DNA of 64,000 nt from Nitrososphaera sp. (GTDB lineage Archaea; Thermoproteota; EX4484-205; JAAOZO01), in NCBI GenBank assembly GCA_039793485.1, contig JBAMLO010000053.1, positions 12,948 through 76,947 on the forward strand, in the 5' to 3' direction. Below are positions 26,002-35,992 of this stretch, piece by piece. Made by a program: the position numbers and the translations under genes. Under the pieces are notes generated by a model. It was not told the DNA's origin and searched no databases. It saw only the letters and a program-made list of their open reading frames with translations. Every line of letters begins with the position of its first letter. The first letter of the stretch is position 1.

Positions 26002-27608
26002 TATTCTTGTCCTTCTTTCTTTCCTTCAGAAGGCTTAAACTTTGCTGCTGCAGTTATTCTGTCTATTCTAAGCAAAGATACAGCAGTTTCTGTTGCTGCA
26101 GATAGGACGCGTTTCTTTATTTTAAGCGGGTCCCATATCCCAAGTTCTTTTGCGCTTACCGCTAGTTCTTCGCTTAAGGCTCCGACTCCATACTCTGTTT
26201 TTCCACTTGTATGCTCTGACCTCAGAGTACTTAGTACTTCTTCTGGGTCTTTCCCAGAGTTTCGAGCGATGTTGGCGGGGATTCTTTCTAGTGCCTCTGC
26301 AAAAGCCTCTATAGCATACTGAACTCTTCCTTCTTCTCTAGTTGAGCGCTCTCTTAGTTCTCTTGCAAGCTCTACTTCTATTGCGCCCGCTCCACTTACT
26401 ACTCTAGGATCTTCAAAAACAGCTTCCAGTGCTTTTATAGCTTTTTTAATTGATCTCTCAGCTTCACTAACTATTTTGTCATTGTCGCCTCTAACTATGA
26501 TGTTTACACTTTTGCTCTTTTTTCCGCTTACAACAAAAACCCATTTTTCATCGCCAAGCTTTCTTTCCTCAAAGAGCTCCGCAGTTCCTAAAAGTTCTGG
26601 GCTTAGCTCCTCTAAGTTTGTGACAATTTTTCCTCCAGTTGCAATTTCTAATTTTTCCATGTCTGATTTCTTTATTCTCCTCACTGCTGCAATTCCTTCT
26701 TTTGAAAGCAAGTATTGCACAAAATCGTCAATTCCTTTTTGACAGAGGACTACGTTAGCTCCCGTCGCTTTAATTTTATCAACCATTTCTCGCATCGTAT
26801 CTTGTTCCTTTCTTATGAAACTTCTCAGCATCGTTGGGTCTTTAAATTTCAATTTTTCATCGTATTCTGTCTTTCTAACCTCTAAACTTGTGTCTAGCAA
26901 TGCAATTTTTGGATTCTTTATTAGTTTAGGCATAGCTGCGTGCACTATTTCCTTATCTAAAGCAACCCCTTCTACAAAGAGAGTATCTCTAAGAGTACCG
27001 CCTGACTTTTTGTCAATTTTTATTCTGTCTGTGTCAAGTTTTCCTTCCTCTAGTACTCTTGTTACTGCTTCGACGGCAAGCTCCGCTAAATATTCTGCAT
27101 CTTCCACGCTTGTAAAGCTAGTTATCGCTGTTTTTGCTACATTCAGTAAACTCTTTCTTTCATTGTAGTTTATCTTAAAGGCATTCCTTTCTAAGGCTTC
27201 TTGGGCATACTTAAGTGCCTTTTCGTATCCTTCGCAAATAATAGATGGATGAATACCCTTCTGAATAAGCTCATTAGCCTTGTTCACAAGTTCTGTGGCC
27301 AATATTATAGTTGAAGTTACTCCGTCTCCAACGTCTTTGTTAACGGTCTTCGCTGTCTCAACTAGCACCTTTGCTGCAGGATGTTCTACTTCGACTTCTT
27401 CTAGTGCAGTTGCTCCGCTACTTGTTATTGTTACATCTCCAAATGTGTCCATGATCAGCTTGAACTTACCGTTTGGTCCAAGCATCGAAGAGACAGCTTC
27501 GTTTATGACTTCCGAAGCTCCTAAGATAAAACTTCTAACTTCGTCCTCTTCCCTCTCAGAAGAACCCTCCTTTAGTATTATAACCGGAATATAACTTTGC
27601 TCGCTCAT
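25998..27608 (-). CDS. Thermosome (group II chaperonin) subunit, divergent ATPase motifs
   Basis: PVIILKEG, LGP, HPAAK, GDGVTS, LDKEIVH.MP, CQKGIDD, AVRR, GAGAIE and ATETA..LLRID motifs. Confidence 0.95.
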   Translation of the reverse strand: MSEQSYIPVIILKEGSSEREEDEVRSFILGASEVINEAVSSMLGPNGKFKLIMDTFGDVTITSSGATALEEVEVEHPAAKVLVETAKTVNKDVGDGVTSTIILATELVNKANELIQKGIHPSIICEGYEKALKYAQEALERNAFKINYNERKSLLNVAKTAITSFTSVEDAEYLAELAVEAVTRVLEEGKLDTDRIKIDKKSGGTLRDTLFVEGVALDKEIVHAAMPKLIKNPKIALLDTSLEVRKTEYDEKLKFKDPTMLRSFIRKEQDTMREMVDKIKATGANVVLCQKGIDDFVQYLLSKEGIAAVRRIKKSDMEKLEIATGGKIVTNLEELSPELLGTAELFEERKLGDEKWVFVVSGKKSKSVNIIVRGDNDKIVSEAERSIKKAIKALEAVFEDPRVVSGAGAIEVELARELRERSTREEGRVQYAIEAFAEALERIPANIARNSGKDPEEVLSTLRSEHTSGKTEYGVGALSEELAVSAKELGIWDPLKIKKRVLSAATETAVSLLRIDRITAAAKFKPSEGKKEGQEY

Positions 27609-27795
27609 TTTCCATTTCTTGAGAGTTTTTACTAGTTTTATTAACTTTTCGCTTTTAACTGGTTACGATTCCTATAATTTTTCTTGTAAATGGTCTAAAA
27701 ACGCCTAAAAAGGACATCTTTGCGCAAATTTACTAAAATTTTAAAAATTTTTATTGTTAAAATTGGCTAATGTACTTTGGTTTGGAAGAGTGCAC

Positions 27796-28014
27796 CTAGG
27801 GTGAACTTCCAGAAAGATAATTTATTTGAACAAGCCTATCCATTACTTCCACAAATTCTCTTTCTATCCTGTATTTTTCTCTTTCAAACTCTTCTTTACT
27901 AATTTCTCCTCTTTTTAACTTATTTTCTAAAGTTTCGTACTCCTTTTCTAGTTCTTCCTTTCTTCTCTCTAACCTCTTTTTTTCTCCTTCCACACTTTCT
28001 GGAGTGAACATCAC
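27796..28014 (-). CDS. Small coiled-coil protein with SHOCT-like motif
   Basis: 72 aa, highly charged heptads, LKRGEISKEEFE motif; GGGGAAG SD-like sequence upstream. Confidence 0.7.
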   Translation of the reverse strand: MMFTPESVEGEKKRLERRKEELEKEYETLENKLKRGEISKEEFEREKYRIEREFVEVMDRLVQINYLSGSSP

Positions 28015-28263
28015 TTCTTCCCCCTGAGTCCTTTAGGTTGCTTTAATTAAAGACTCACGTTTATTTAACTTTTTAGAAGAATGGGGAGACTACCAACCTA
28101 AAGACTTTAAGAAACCAATTCACACGTCAAGCAACACTATAAGCTGACGACAATAAGTATGAGTACTTTGTTTGCAATTCTTAAGCAGAAAATTCTACTT
28201 CTTAAGAGTCTAAATGCTTTTTATTCAGCTGAAATATGATTTTTTAGATTCTGGATAAACAGC

Positions 28264-29034
28264 TCAGCTAGTTACCGCTTCTAGTGCTACTTTAATTGCT
28301 TCGAGTTCTCCTAAGGTCTTAAACTCATTAGTTATCCTATTTGCAAATACTGCTAGTACACTACCTGTTTTTAGCTTGTATAAGCTTCCAAGCACAAACA
28401 GTAAACTTGTTTCCATTTCAAAACTAAGGACGTTTGCCTTTGATAAATCTGAAATTAAATTTTCCATCCAACTTTGTTTGTACCCATTATAGCCTTCTCT
28501 CCCTTGCCCAGTATAAAATGAATCAGTTGATGCTACTATTCCTATGTGATATCTTGTTCCTAACTTCTTCGCAGAGTTAATCAGTTTCATTGTTGTTTCA
28601 AAGTCTGAAATAGCGGGATATTCTGAAATTATGTATTGTTTTGAAGTTCCTTCTAGTCTAACAGCACCTGTAGCAATTATTATGTCTCCCACGTTAATAT
28701 ACGGTTGGATTGCTCCAGTTGAGCCAACTCTTACTATTGTCTTCACACCAACTCTTGCAAGTTCTTCAACTACGATTGCGGTTGAAGGTGCCCCCATACC
28801 ACTGCATACTGCTCCAACTTCTTTGTTTTTATAAAAACCCTTTCCAACTACTAAACCTCTGTGCTTCGTTATGATTTTTCCGTTGTCCAATAAGCTAACT
28901 ATTTTCTCTACCCTCTCTGGATCGCCTGGAAGTAAAACAGCTTCCGGTAAATCTCCTTTCCTAACTCTAACGTGGTACTGATACCCTCCTTCTAACTCTG
29001 GCCTATCTGCTGATGAAATCTTTTCATCAACCAT
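28264..29034 (-). CDS. udp: Uridine phosphorylase / PNP-UDP family nucleoside phosphorylase
   Basis: LLPGDPERV, GMGAPS, RVGSTG, AVRLEGTS, DSFY.GQ, EME. Confidence 0.88.
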   Translation of the reverse strand: MVDEKISSADRPELEGGYQYHVRVRKGDLPEAVLLPGDPERVEKIVSLLDNGKIITKHRGLVVGKGFYKNKEVGAVCSGMGAPSTAIVVEELARVGVKTIVRVGSTGAIQPYINVGDIIIATGAVRLEGTSKQYIISEYPAISDFETTMKLINSAKKLGTRYHIGIVASTDSFYTGQGREGYNGYKQSWMENLISDLSKANVLSFEMETSLLFVLGSLYKLKTGSVLAVFANRITNEFKTLGELEAIKVALEAVTS

Positions 29035-29123
29035 ACATTAAAGCTTTCATGCTTCTTTTTTAATTTTTACCCATAGTTCTGATCAACAATAACTTTAAAA
29101 TCCGTCCTTTAGAAGCACTTGGT

Positions 29124-30215
29124 ATGGCCTTAATTAGAGCGCTAGCTATACATTTAGGCAATTTTTCGAACTATAGGTCTCTTAAAATAGAAGCTCTTAA
29201 GGAGAAAATTTCTGCTGTTAAGCATAAATTTAGAACAAATGTTTGGACCACTCGCATAGTTTTTCCTAAAGTAGTTCGCGATGAACTAGACCTAGAAAAA
29301 GTTATTGAAAGGTCAGAAGGACTTACTAAAGAGTTGGGTGCAGACTTTGCTGCTGTTCCGTTAGATTATAGTAGCCTTATGAAAATTCGTACCAAATTTG
29401 TAGAACTGTTTTCTGTTAGTAGTAGCCTCTTTTTTTCGCTTAACATTGGAGACATCACAGGAAACTTACCAATAAAGGAAACAAAAGATTCAGTGCAGTT
29501 ATTAAAAGAAATATTTGAAAGTGGCGGGGAAGAAGCGTGTACAAGGTTCGCGATTTCTTTTGGAGGTCAACCTGAAACCGCATATTTTCCAGACACGGTT
29601 GCTAAAAACTTTGGTTTTTCGTTGAGTCTAAGATATGTTAATGATGTGTTGAATAAACTAAGTAACAAAAAGGACTTACCAGAGATAGTTGAGTCCATAG
29701 CAAGACCAATTCAAAACGAAGCTCTAGAAGCTCAAAATTATGCGAACATGAAGTTTTTAGGAATTGACCTATCTTTGTCTCCATGGATGAAAGAAAGCGT
29801 TCTAAGGTTAATAAAGGAGGTCGAAGGAACAAGTAAGCTCTCTCCAGGATTCTACACTTCTATTTGGAAACTCAACAAAGCAATAGCGGATGCAAAAGGG
29901 ATAAAAAAGACAGGTTTTAATGAAGTGATGTTGCCTGTTGCTGAAGATTCTCTACTCAAAGAATACTTTGCAAACGAAAAAATGACGATTGCTGAACTGG
30001 TTGGTGCAATATCGGTTTGTGTGGCTGGGTTGGACATGGTAGCTGTTTCAGCTAACTTGAAGAGTGAAACAATAGAAAAACTAATTTTAGACTCAATTTC
30101 TATTTCGAAGGCAAGAAAGAAGAAAATTGGGATAAGGTTAATTCTAGCCAACAGCAAAGCTGGAGGAGAAATAAAGTTAGCTAGATTCGGCAAAGTTCCA
30201 GTAATAAAAGTCTAA
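29124..30215 (+). CDS. DUF711 (UPF0210) family protein
   Basis: GIDLSLSP, GFNEVMLPVAED and VCVAGLDMV motifs. Confidence 0.78.
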   Translation: MALIRALAIHLGNFSNYRSLKIEALKEKISAVKHKFRTNVWTTRIVFPKVVRDELDLEKVIERSEGLTKELGADFAAVPLDYSSLMKIRTKFVELFSVSSSLFFSLNIGDITGNLPIKETKDSVQLLKEIFESGGEEACTRFAISFGGQPETAYFPDTVAKNFGFSLSLRYVNDVLNKLSNKKDLPEIVESIARPIQNEALEAQNYANMKFLGIDLSLSPWMKESVLRLIKEVEGTSKLSPGFYTSIWKLNKAIADAKGIKKTGFNEVMLPVAEDSLLKEYFANEKMTIAELVGAISVCVAGLDMVAVSANLKSETIEKLILDSISISKARKKKIGIRLILANSKAGGEIKLARFGKVPVIKV

Positions 30216-30218
30216 AGC

Positions 30219-30236
30219 TCTCCTTGCGTAAGGAGA
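30219..30236 (+). terminator. Perfect 7-bp hairpin right after the DUF711 stop
   Basis: TCTCCTT-GCGT-AAGGAGA beginning 4 nt after the stop; no adjacent T-tract. Confidence 0.35.
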
Positions 30237-30747
30237 ATCTTGATTCTAAGGGTTGTTGTTCTACTTCCTCATTAAGTTTTTGTTTTTTCATTCTTAAACA
30301 GGAAGTAAAGCGATAATGGGCTTCAGAGGATGGTGAAGCCATGAACCTGTAAACCAGCAAATTATGTTTCTGAGCTACTTTTAATAGACATATGTAGCCC
30401 TTGGAATTCATAAGCCTAAAGCTCCTCTTAGTTCATTGAAGCTCTCATCAGCTTTTTCTCTTGTCGCAACGAACTCATTCCAAGCCTTCATAAGCTCTTC
30501 AAAGAGCTTCAAATTTTAGAAAGTTTCTTCTGAAAGTTTACTGCTGCATTAAGTTATCTGTTAATCCTCAACTCACACCTTGAACGTCGTACAATGCTTC
30601 CTTCGGGGCATTTATCTTCGAACCCTAGGGCACCTTCCAGTAGGAATAGTATAGCTGAGTAACTTAACTTTATTTCCTTTTTTAAACTGCCAACTACTGC
30701 GTAAAGTCTACATAAACACTGGAAGCTCCTCTGAGAAGAAGGTTAGT

Positions 30748-32262
30748 TCACGCTATTGTTTTCAACTCTAAGCTCCAACCTCTTGCCCTTTCTACAGCTT
30801 TCTTCCAGTTTTCGTAGAGACTTTTTGCTTTTAACATTTCTTCTCCTGATGGCAAAAATCTTTTTTCTTCTTTCCAAATCTCTTTAAGTTCTTCAAAGTC
30901 CTTCCACAAACCAACAGAAAGACCTGCTAACATAGAAGCGCCTAAAGCAGTTGTTTCCTTTATTTTAGGTCGTAGTATTGGTACTCCTAAAAGATTTGAC
31001 TGAAACTGCATCAGTAAATCACTTGCACTTGCACCTCCATCTACCTTAAGCTCCTTTATTTTAATTCCAGTTTCTGATTCCATAACTTCAATTACATCTC
31101 TTGTTTGATACGCAATGGATTCTAAAGTTGCCCTTGCAATATGTGCACTAGTTGTTCCTCTAGTGATCCCAATTATTGTTCCTCTGGCATACATATCCCA
31201 ATATGGAGCGCCCAAACCAACGAATGCAGGGACAAAATAAACACCACCGTTGTCTTTAACTTTGCTTGCAAGTTCGTTCACATCTTTTGATTCTTTTATT
31301 ATGCCTAACCCATCTCTTAGCCATTGGATTGCTGCACCAGTTATGAATATGCTTCCTTCTAGAGCATAGTTAACTTTCGACTTTGCAGCAAAGGCAATTG
31401 TTGAAACTAAACCTCTTTTCGAGAAAACAATTTTATCTCCAGTATTCAGCAATATAAAGTTCCCAGTTCCATAGGTACATTTAATCTCACCTTCTTCAAA
31501 GCCAGTTTGTCCGAATAGAGCCGCTTGTTGGTCTCCAACTAGGCTACCTATGAAAATTTCTTTTCCTAAAAACTCTTTACTCGTAAAACCATAATGATCT
31601 GATGACTTCTTTACTTCGGGGGCCATTTCGATGGGAATCTTCATTATTTCAAATAAATCTTCATCCCACTTAAGTCTAGCAATGTTAAACAACATTGTTC
31701 TAGAAGCGTTTGTAACATCAGTTGAGTGAACTTTCCCACCTGTTAACTTCCAGAGTAGCCAAGAGTCAATAGTTCCAAACAAAAGCTTATTTGAATTAAC
31801 AAGCTCTTTAGCCTTTTGAACGTTGTCTAAAATCCACTTAATTTTTGGACCTGAGAAATATGCGTCTGGAACTAACCCTGTTTTTGAAGTTATTGTTTGA
31901 CTATACCCTGCTTTCTTCAATTCTTCTATGTAGCTTGATGTTCTTCTGCATTGCCAAACTATTGCGTTATAAACTGGCGTACCTGAGTCCTTATTCCAAA
32001 CCACCACTGTTTCTCGTTGGTTTGTTATACCAATAGCGGCTATGTTTTTTATTTCCAGTTTAGAAAGCCTTATTGCTTCTCTAGCAGTTTCTAAAACAGA
32101 GTTAAATATTTCGAGTGGATCATGCTCTACGTACCCTGCTTTCGGATATATTTGCCTTATCTCTTTTTGTGCTACACTCACTATTTCTCCCTGAGTCGAA
32201 AAAACAATAGACCTGGTGCTTGTAGTGCCTTGGTCTATTGCTAAAATATAGTTGCTTGCCAT
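30748..32262 (-). CDS. glpK: Glycerol kinase
   Basis: DQGTTSTR, ITNQRET, VWQCRRT, YFSGPKI, GDQQAALFGQ, TYGTG, YALEG, PAFVGLGAPYW, VDGG. Confidence 0.96.
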   Translation of the reverse strand: MASNYILAIDQGTTSTRSIVFSTQGEIVSVAQKEIRQIYPKAGYVEHDPLEIFNSVLETAREAIRLSKLEIKNIAAIGITNQRETVVVWNKDSGTPVYNAIVWQCRRTSSYIEELKKAGYSQTITSKTGLVPDAYFSGPKIKWILDNVQKAKELVNSNKLLFGTIDSWLLWKLTGGKVHSTDVTNASRTMLFNIARLKWDEDLFEIMKIPIEMAPEVKKSSDHYGFTSKEFLGKEIFIGSLVGDQQAALFGQTGFEEGEIKCTYGTGNFILLNTGDKIVFSKRGLVSTIAFAAKSKVNYALEGSIFITGAAIQWLRDGLGIIKESKDVNELASKVKDNGGVYFVPAFVGLGAPYWDMYARGTIIGITRGTTSAHIARATLESIAYQTRDVIEVMESETGIKIKELKVDGGASASDLLMQFQSNLLGVPILRPKIKETTALGASMLAGLSVGLWKDFEELKEIWKEEKRFLPSGEEMLKAKSLYENWKKAVERARGWSLELKTIA

Positions 32263-32280
32263 ATCAGCAAAAGTCCTTTC

Positions 32281-32392
32281 AAGAAATATAAGTTTATCGT
32301 CCGGCTTGTTCTTAGCTTACAAAGAAGTTTAACAAGAAGGCCTACAGCTTTTACTTTGAGATACGTTGTTAAAGTTTGCAAAAATTTATAAT
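32281..32392. promoter_or_regulatory. Divergent BRE/TATA promoters of glpK and cdr (likely leaderless transcripts)
   Basis: Minus strand CGATAAA-CTTATATT about 23 nt before the glpK ATG; plus strand GCAAAAA-TTTATAAT (TATA 32385-32392) 22 nt before the cdr ATG. Confidence 0.5.
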
Positions 32393-32414
32393 GGCGTAAT
32401 AACTAATAAAGTTC

Positions 32415-33755
32415 ATGAAAGATTCACAGAAAGTGGTGGTAATAGGCGGAGGAGCAGCAGGGATGGCCTCTGCTGCTAGTGCTAGAAGAGTTAACAAGGA
32501 TGCAAAAATAACAGTTATAGAGGCATCAAAGTACGTTTCTTATGGTTCGTGCGGCATACCTTATTATCTAGGGAATCTTGTAGATGATGTTTCAAAACTA
32601 GTAACTTATACTCCTGAGCAATTTAAGAAAGAAAGAAATGTAGAAGTCCTAATAAATTCTTATGTTACAAAGATTGATGTTAGTTCAAAAACTGTAAAAT
32701 ACATCTCAGAAAAGGGTGAAGAAAAAGAAATTGAGTTTGATAGCTTAGTACTTGCTACAGGTGCTAAGCCATTTATACCAAAAATGGAAGGTTTAAACCT
32801 AAAAGGAATCTATACAGTTAGATTCCTAGAAGGTGCGGCAAAATTAAAAGAAGACCTTGCGTCTTCAAAAAAAGTTACAATAATAGGAGCAGGGTATATT
32901 GGATTAGAGCTGGCTGAAAACTTTAAAAAATTGAACAAAGAAGTTACAATACTGGAACTTCTGCCTCGTCCAATGCCAAACGTTGACGTGGAAATAGCTA
33001 GTATAATAGAGCAAGAGCTTAAGAAAAATGGTATAAAGCTTGAACTCAATAAAAAGGTAGTAGGCTTTGAAGGAAAGGATAGGGTAGAAAGAGTAATAAC
33101 TGAAGACTCTAAATATGAAACCGATGTTGTTGTTGTTGCAGTTGGAGTAAGGCCTAATGTTACGTTAGCTAAACAAATAGGCGTTGAGCTGGGGAAAAGT
33201 GGCGCCATAAAAACGAATTCTCGAATGGAAACAAACATTAAAGGAATATTTGCAGCTGGAGATAACTCTGAAGCTTACCATATTGTTCTTAATGCTCCAG
33301 TTTACATACCTTTAGCTCAAACAGCAAATAAGATGGGTTACGTTGCAGGTGCAAACGCTGCTGGAGGAAACGAAGAATTTCCGGGTATAGTTGGAAGCTC
33401 TATAACTAAGGTGTTCAACCTAGAAATAGGTAGAACTGGTATTGGCGAAGAAGAGGCCAAAAAGTTTGGCATCGAAACAAGAAGTGTTTTCATTAAGTCA
33501 AAGTCAAGGGCTGGTTATTATCCAGAAGGGAAAGAAATATGGATTAAACTGATCTTAGAAAAGTCCAGCAACGTAATTATTGGTGGACAAATTGTTGGCT
33601 ACGAGGGTGTTTGGGGAAGAATTGCAGCTTTAACTTTTGCAATTACAAATAAGTTTACTCCCAAGCAGGTTCTCTTTACAGATTTGCCTTATGCACCTCC
33701 ATTCAACCCAGTATGGGATCCACTAATAGTTGCTGCAAGAGTTGCTTTACGGTAA
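32415..33755 (+). CDS. cdr: CoA-disulfide reductase / NADH oxidase family flavoprotein
   Basis: GGGAAG, redox Cys in SYGSCGIPY, LATGA, GAGYIGLE, FAAGD, YAPPF. Confidence 0.88.
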   Translation: MKDSQKVVVIGGGAAGMASAASARRVNKDAKITVIEASKYVSYGSCGIPYYLGNLVDDVSKLVTYTPEQFKKERNVEVLINSYVTKIDVSSKTVKYISEKGEEKEIEFDSLVLATGAKPFIPKMEGLNLKGIYTVRFLEGAAKLKEDLASSKKVTIIGAGYIGLELAENFKKLNKEVTILELLPRPMPNVDVEIASIIEQELKKNGIKLELNKKVVGFEGKDRVERVITEDSKYETDVVVVAVGVRPNVTLAKQIGVELGKSGAIKTNSRMETNIKGIFAAGDNSEAYHIVLNAPVYIPLAQTANKMGYVAGANAAGGNEEFPGIVGSSITKVFNLEIGRTGIGEEEAKKFGIETRSVFIKSKSRAGYYPEGKEIWIKLILEKSSNVIIGGQIVGYEGVWGRIAALTFAITNKFTPKQVLFTDLPYAPPFNPVWDPLIVAARVALR

Positions 33756-33809
33756 GATCTTAGCGTTCTACGATAAAGTTAAAAAATGACTTTACTTTGC
33801 TTGTGAACA

Positions 33810-34970
33810 ATGAATTCAAACAAAGACGCGTTTGAAGTTACTCCCTGGAGCGTTTCAGGAGTAGTTGACTACGAAAAGCTAATTAAAGACTTTGGGACGC
33901 AACCTCTAACTGATGATTTAATTAAAAAAATAGAGCTTCTTGCTGGAGAAGCGCACTTCATGATAAGAAGAAAGGTCTTTTTCTCTCACAGAGACCTAGA
34001 CTTGGCGCTCTCAGATTATGAGAAAGGCGACGGTTTCTTTTTGTACACCGGGAGGGGTCCAAGTGGGCCTATGCACTTAGGACACATTATTCCATTTTAC
34101 TTTACAAAATGGTTGCAGGATAAGTTTAATGTAAATTTATATATACAAGTCACTGATGACGAAAAATTTTTAGAAGAAAAAAGAAATCTGACGTGGGAAG
34201 AAGTAAGGAAATGGACTTACGAAAACATTCTTGACATAGCTGCTGTTGGGTTTAATCCTGATAAAACTTTCATATTCACCGACGTTGAGTACATGGGAAA
34301 AATTTATCCCATGGCCATAAAAGTAGCAAGAAAGATAAACTTCTCTCTAGCAAAAGCTGTTTTTGGTTTTGACTTTCAAACAAATATAGGTATGATTTTT
34401 TATCCTGCTATTCAAATAGTTCCAACTTTGTTTGAGAAAAAAAGGTGTCTTATTCCATCAGCTATTGACCAAGATCCTTACTGGAGAATTCAAAGAGATA
34501 TAGCAGAGGATTTGGGATACTACAAAACTTCAGCAATACATTCAAAGTTCATTCCTCCCCTAACTGGATTTCAAGGTAAGATGAGCTCTTCAAAACCAGA
34601 GACAGCAATCTACTTATCAGATGATGCAAAGACAGTAAGAACCAAAATTTACAGGTACGCCTTTTCTGGTGGCCGGGCCACAGTCGAGGAACATAGAAAG
34701 TACGGCGGAGATCCATCAGTAGACGTATCTTTCCAGTGGTTGTACATGTTCTTGGAAGAAGACGATAAGAAGATAAAAAGAATAGAAGAAGATTACAGAA
34801 GTGGAAAATTACTAACTGGAGAACTCAAGGACATACTCATTGAAAAGCTCGTTGCATTTCTAGAAAAGCATAGAGAAATGAGAGAAAAAGCAAAAGAACT
34901 TGTGGACTTGTATAAGTATGAAGGGAAACTTGCAAAAGAAATGTGGAGTGATTTAAAAACAAAAACTTAA
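33810..34970 (+). CDS. trpS: Tryptophanyl-tRNA synthetase
   Basis: VTPW, GRGPS..MHLGH, DQDPYWR, KMSSS, YAFSGGR. Confidence 0.96.
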   Translation: MNSNKDAFEVTPWSVSGVVDYEKLIKDFGTQPLTDDLIKKIELLAGEAHFMIRRKVFFSHRDLDLALSDYEKGDGFFLYTGRGPSGPMHLGHIIPFYFTKWLQDKFNVNLYIQVTDDEKFLEEKRNLTWEEVRKWTYENILDIAAVGFNPDKTFIFTDVEYMGKIYPMAIKVARKINFSLAKAVFGFDFQTNIGMIFYPAIQIVPTLFEKKRCLIPSAIDQDPYWRIQRDIAEDLGYYKTSAIHSKFIPPLTGFQGKMSSSKPETAIYLSDDAKTVRTKIYRYAFSGGRATVEEHRKYGGDPSVDVSFQWLYMFLEEDDKKIKRIEEDYRSGKLLTGELKDILIEKLVAFLEKHREMREKAKELVDLYKYEGKLAKEMWSDLKTKT

Positions 34971-35044
34971 ACTTCAAGAATTAGTTCTAAAGGCTAAACT
35001 TATTAGATAAAATGGATGAAAAGGCTCTTGGATTTGTTTAACTC

Positions 35045-35626
35045 TTATTGCTCCAGCTCTTCAATTGATACACCATAACTTGAGAGGCAATCTTCGCAGA
35101 TATACTTTCCTTGGTAGAATACCAAGCGCTCGCTCCACTGGCCGCAATCTTCGCAGTACCCTTCATAATATTCTATCTTGTTTGCAAGAGTTAAGGGTGA
35201 GATCTTCGAGTAGTAAGTTTCAAGGATTGCTGGGACTGCTAGCGCAATATCTCTCTCAGTTATAATTCCCACTAGCCTGTCATTTTTCATGACGCCTAGT
35301 TTGTGAACCTTATGTAAACGCATAGCATCTAGCGCTCTCTCTAGGTCTTTGTTGTAATCTATTGTTATTAGGGGAGAGCTCATAACTTCTTCTACTGTTA
35401 CTTTTTTTGGATCAAGGCCCCTCGCTACAACTTTAACTACTATATCTCTTTCAGTTATCATGCCTACTGGGTTGTTCGAAGAATTAACTACGATTATGCT
35501 TCCTATTCCTCTAAGGTCCATCTCCTTAGCAGCTTCTTCGACAGTCTGGTTCTTGTTTACTGTATAAACTGGAAAAGTGGCGACGTCTCCTACCGTTATC
35601 TTGTTCGCTCCCGTTATTCTTCTCAT
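35045..35626 (-). CDS. CBS-pair protein with C-terminal zinc ribbon
   Basis: Two CBS repeats (GMITERDI, GIITERDI) plus CEDC...CEDC; architecture of Thermoplasma TA0289. Confidence 0.87.
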   Translation of the reverse strand: MRRITGANKITVGDVATFPVYTVNKNQTVEEAAKEMDLRGIGSIIVVNSSNNPVGMITERDIVVKVVARGLDPKKVTVEEVMSSPLITIDYNKDLERALDAMRLHKVHKLGVMKNDRLVGIITERDIALAVPAILETYYSKISPLTLANKIEYYEGYCEDCGQWSERLVFYQGKYICEDCLSSYGVSIEELEQ

Positions 35627-35992
35627 GCCCTCTCAGTATGGTTAACTTGTAAAAACTAGCTAAATAAGTTTTTTCCTCGTTCTGGCATTGGTGAGTAACA
35701 TCCTAAAGAAAAGGCAGGTCTTCTACTTTTGTAGAATCTCGAGTCTTTTCTTTTAATTGTCTCTTTACCCTATTTTACGTCCTCTTTTTAAGCTCTTTTT
35801 TAAAGCTCGTAGGCTCGTACAAATGTTATTTATTAAATAACGGTACTAGAAAATCAAGTGCTAATTTCTTCCTTTATATTTTTAAGTAAACTACCAAATC
35901 TTTTTGTTAGCTCTCAAAAAGAAGACTTCCTATAAGAAATAAAAAACAGTTAAATAACTAAACCTAAAAAAGGCATACCCAGAAAACCAACA

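Noticed and set aside
30181-30411. 76-aa minus-strand ORF
   Set aside because: Overlaps the DUF711 3' end antisense, has atypical composition and no motif; mentioned only as part of a possible decayed region.
30617-30625. GGGTTCGAA (minus strand), resembling a tRNA T-loop
   Set aside because: No T-stem closure, acceptor stem or D-arm around it; no tRNA called.
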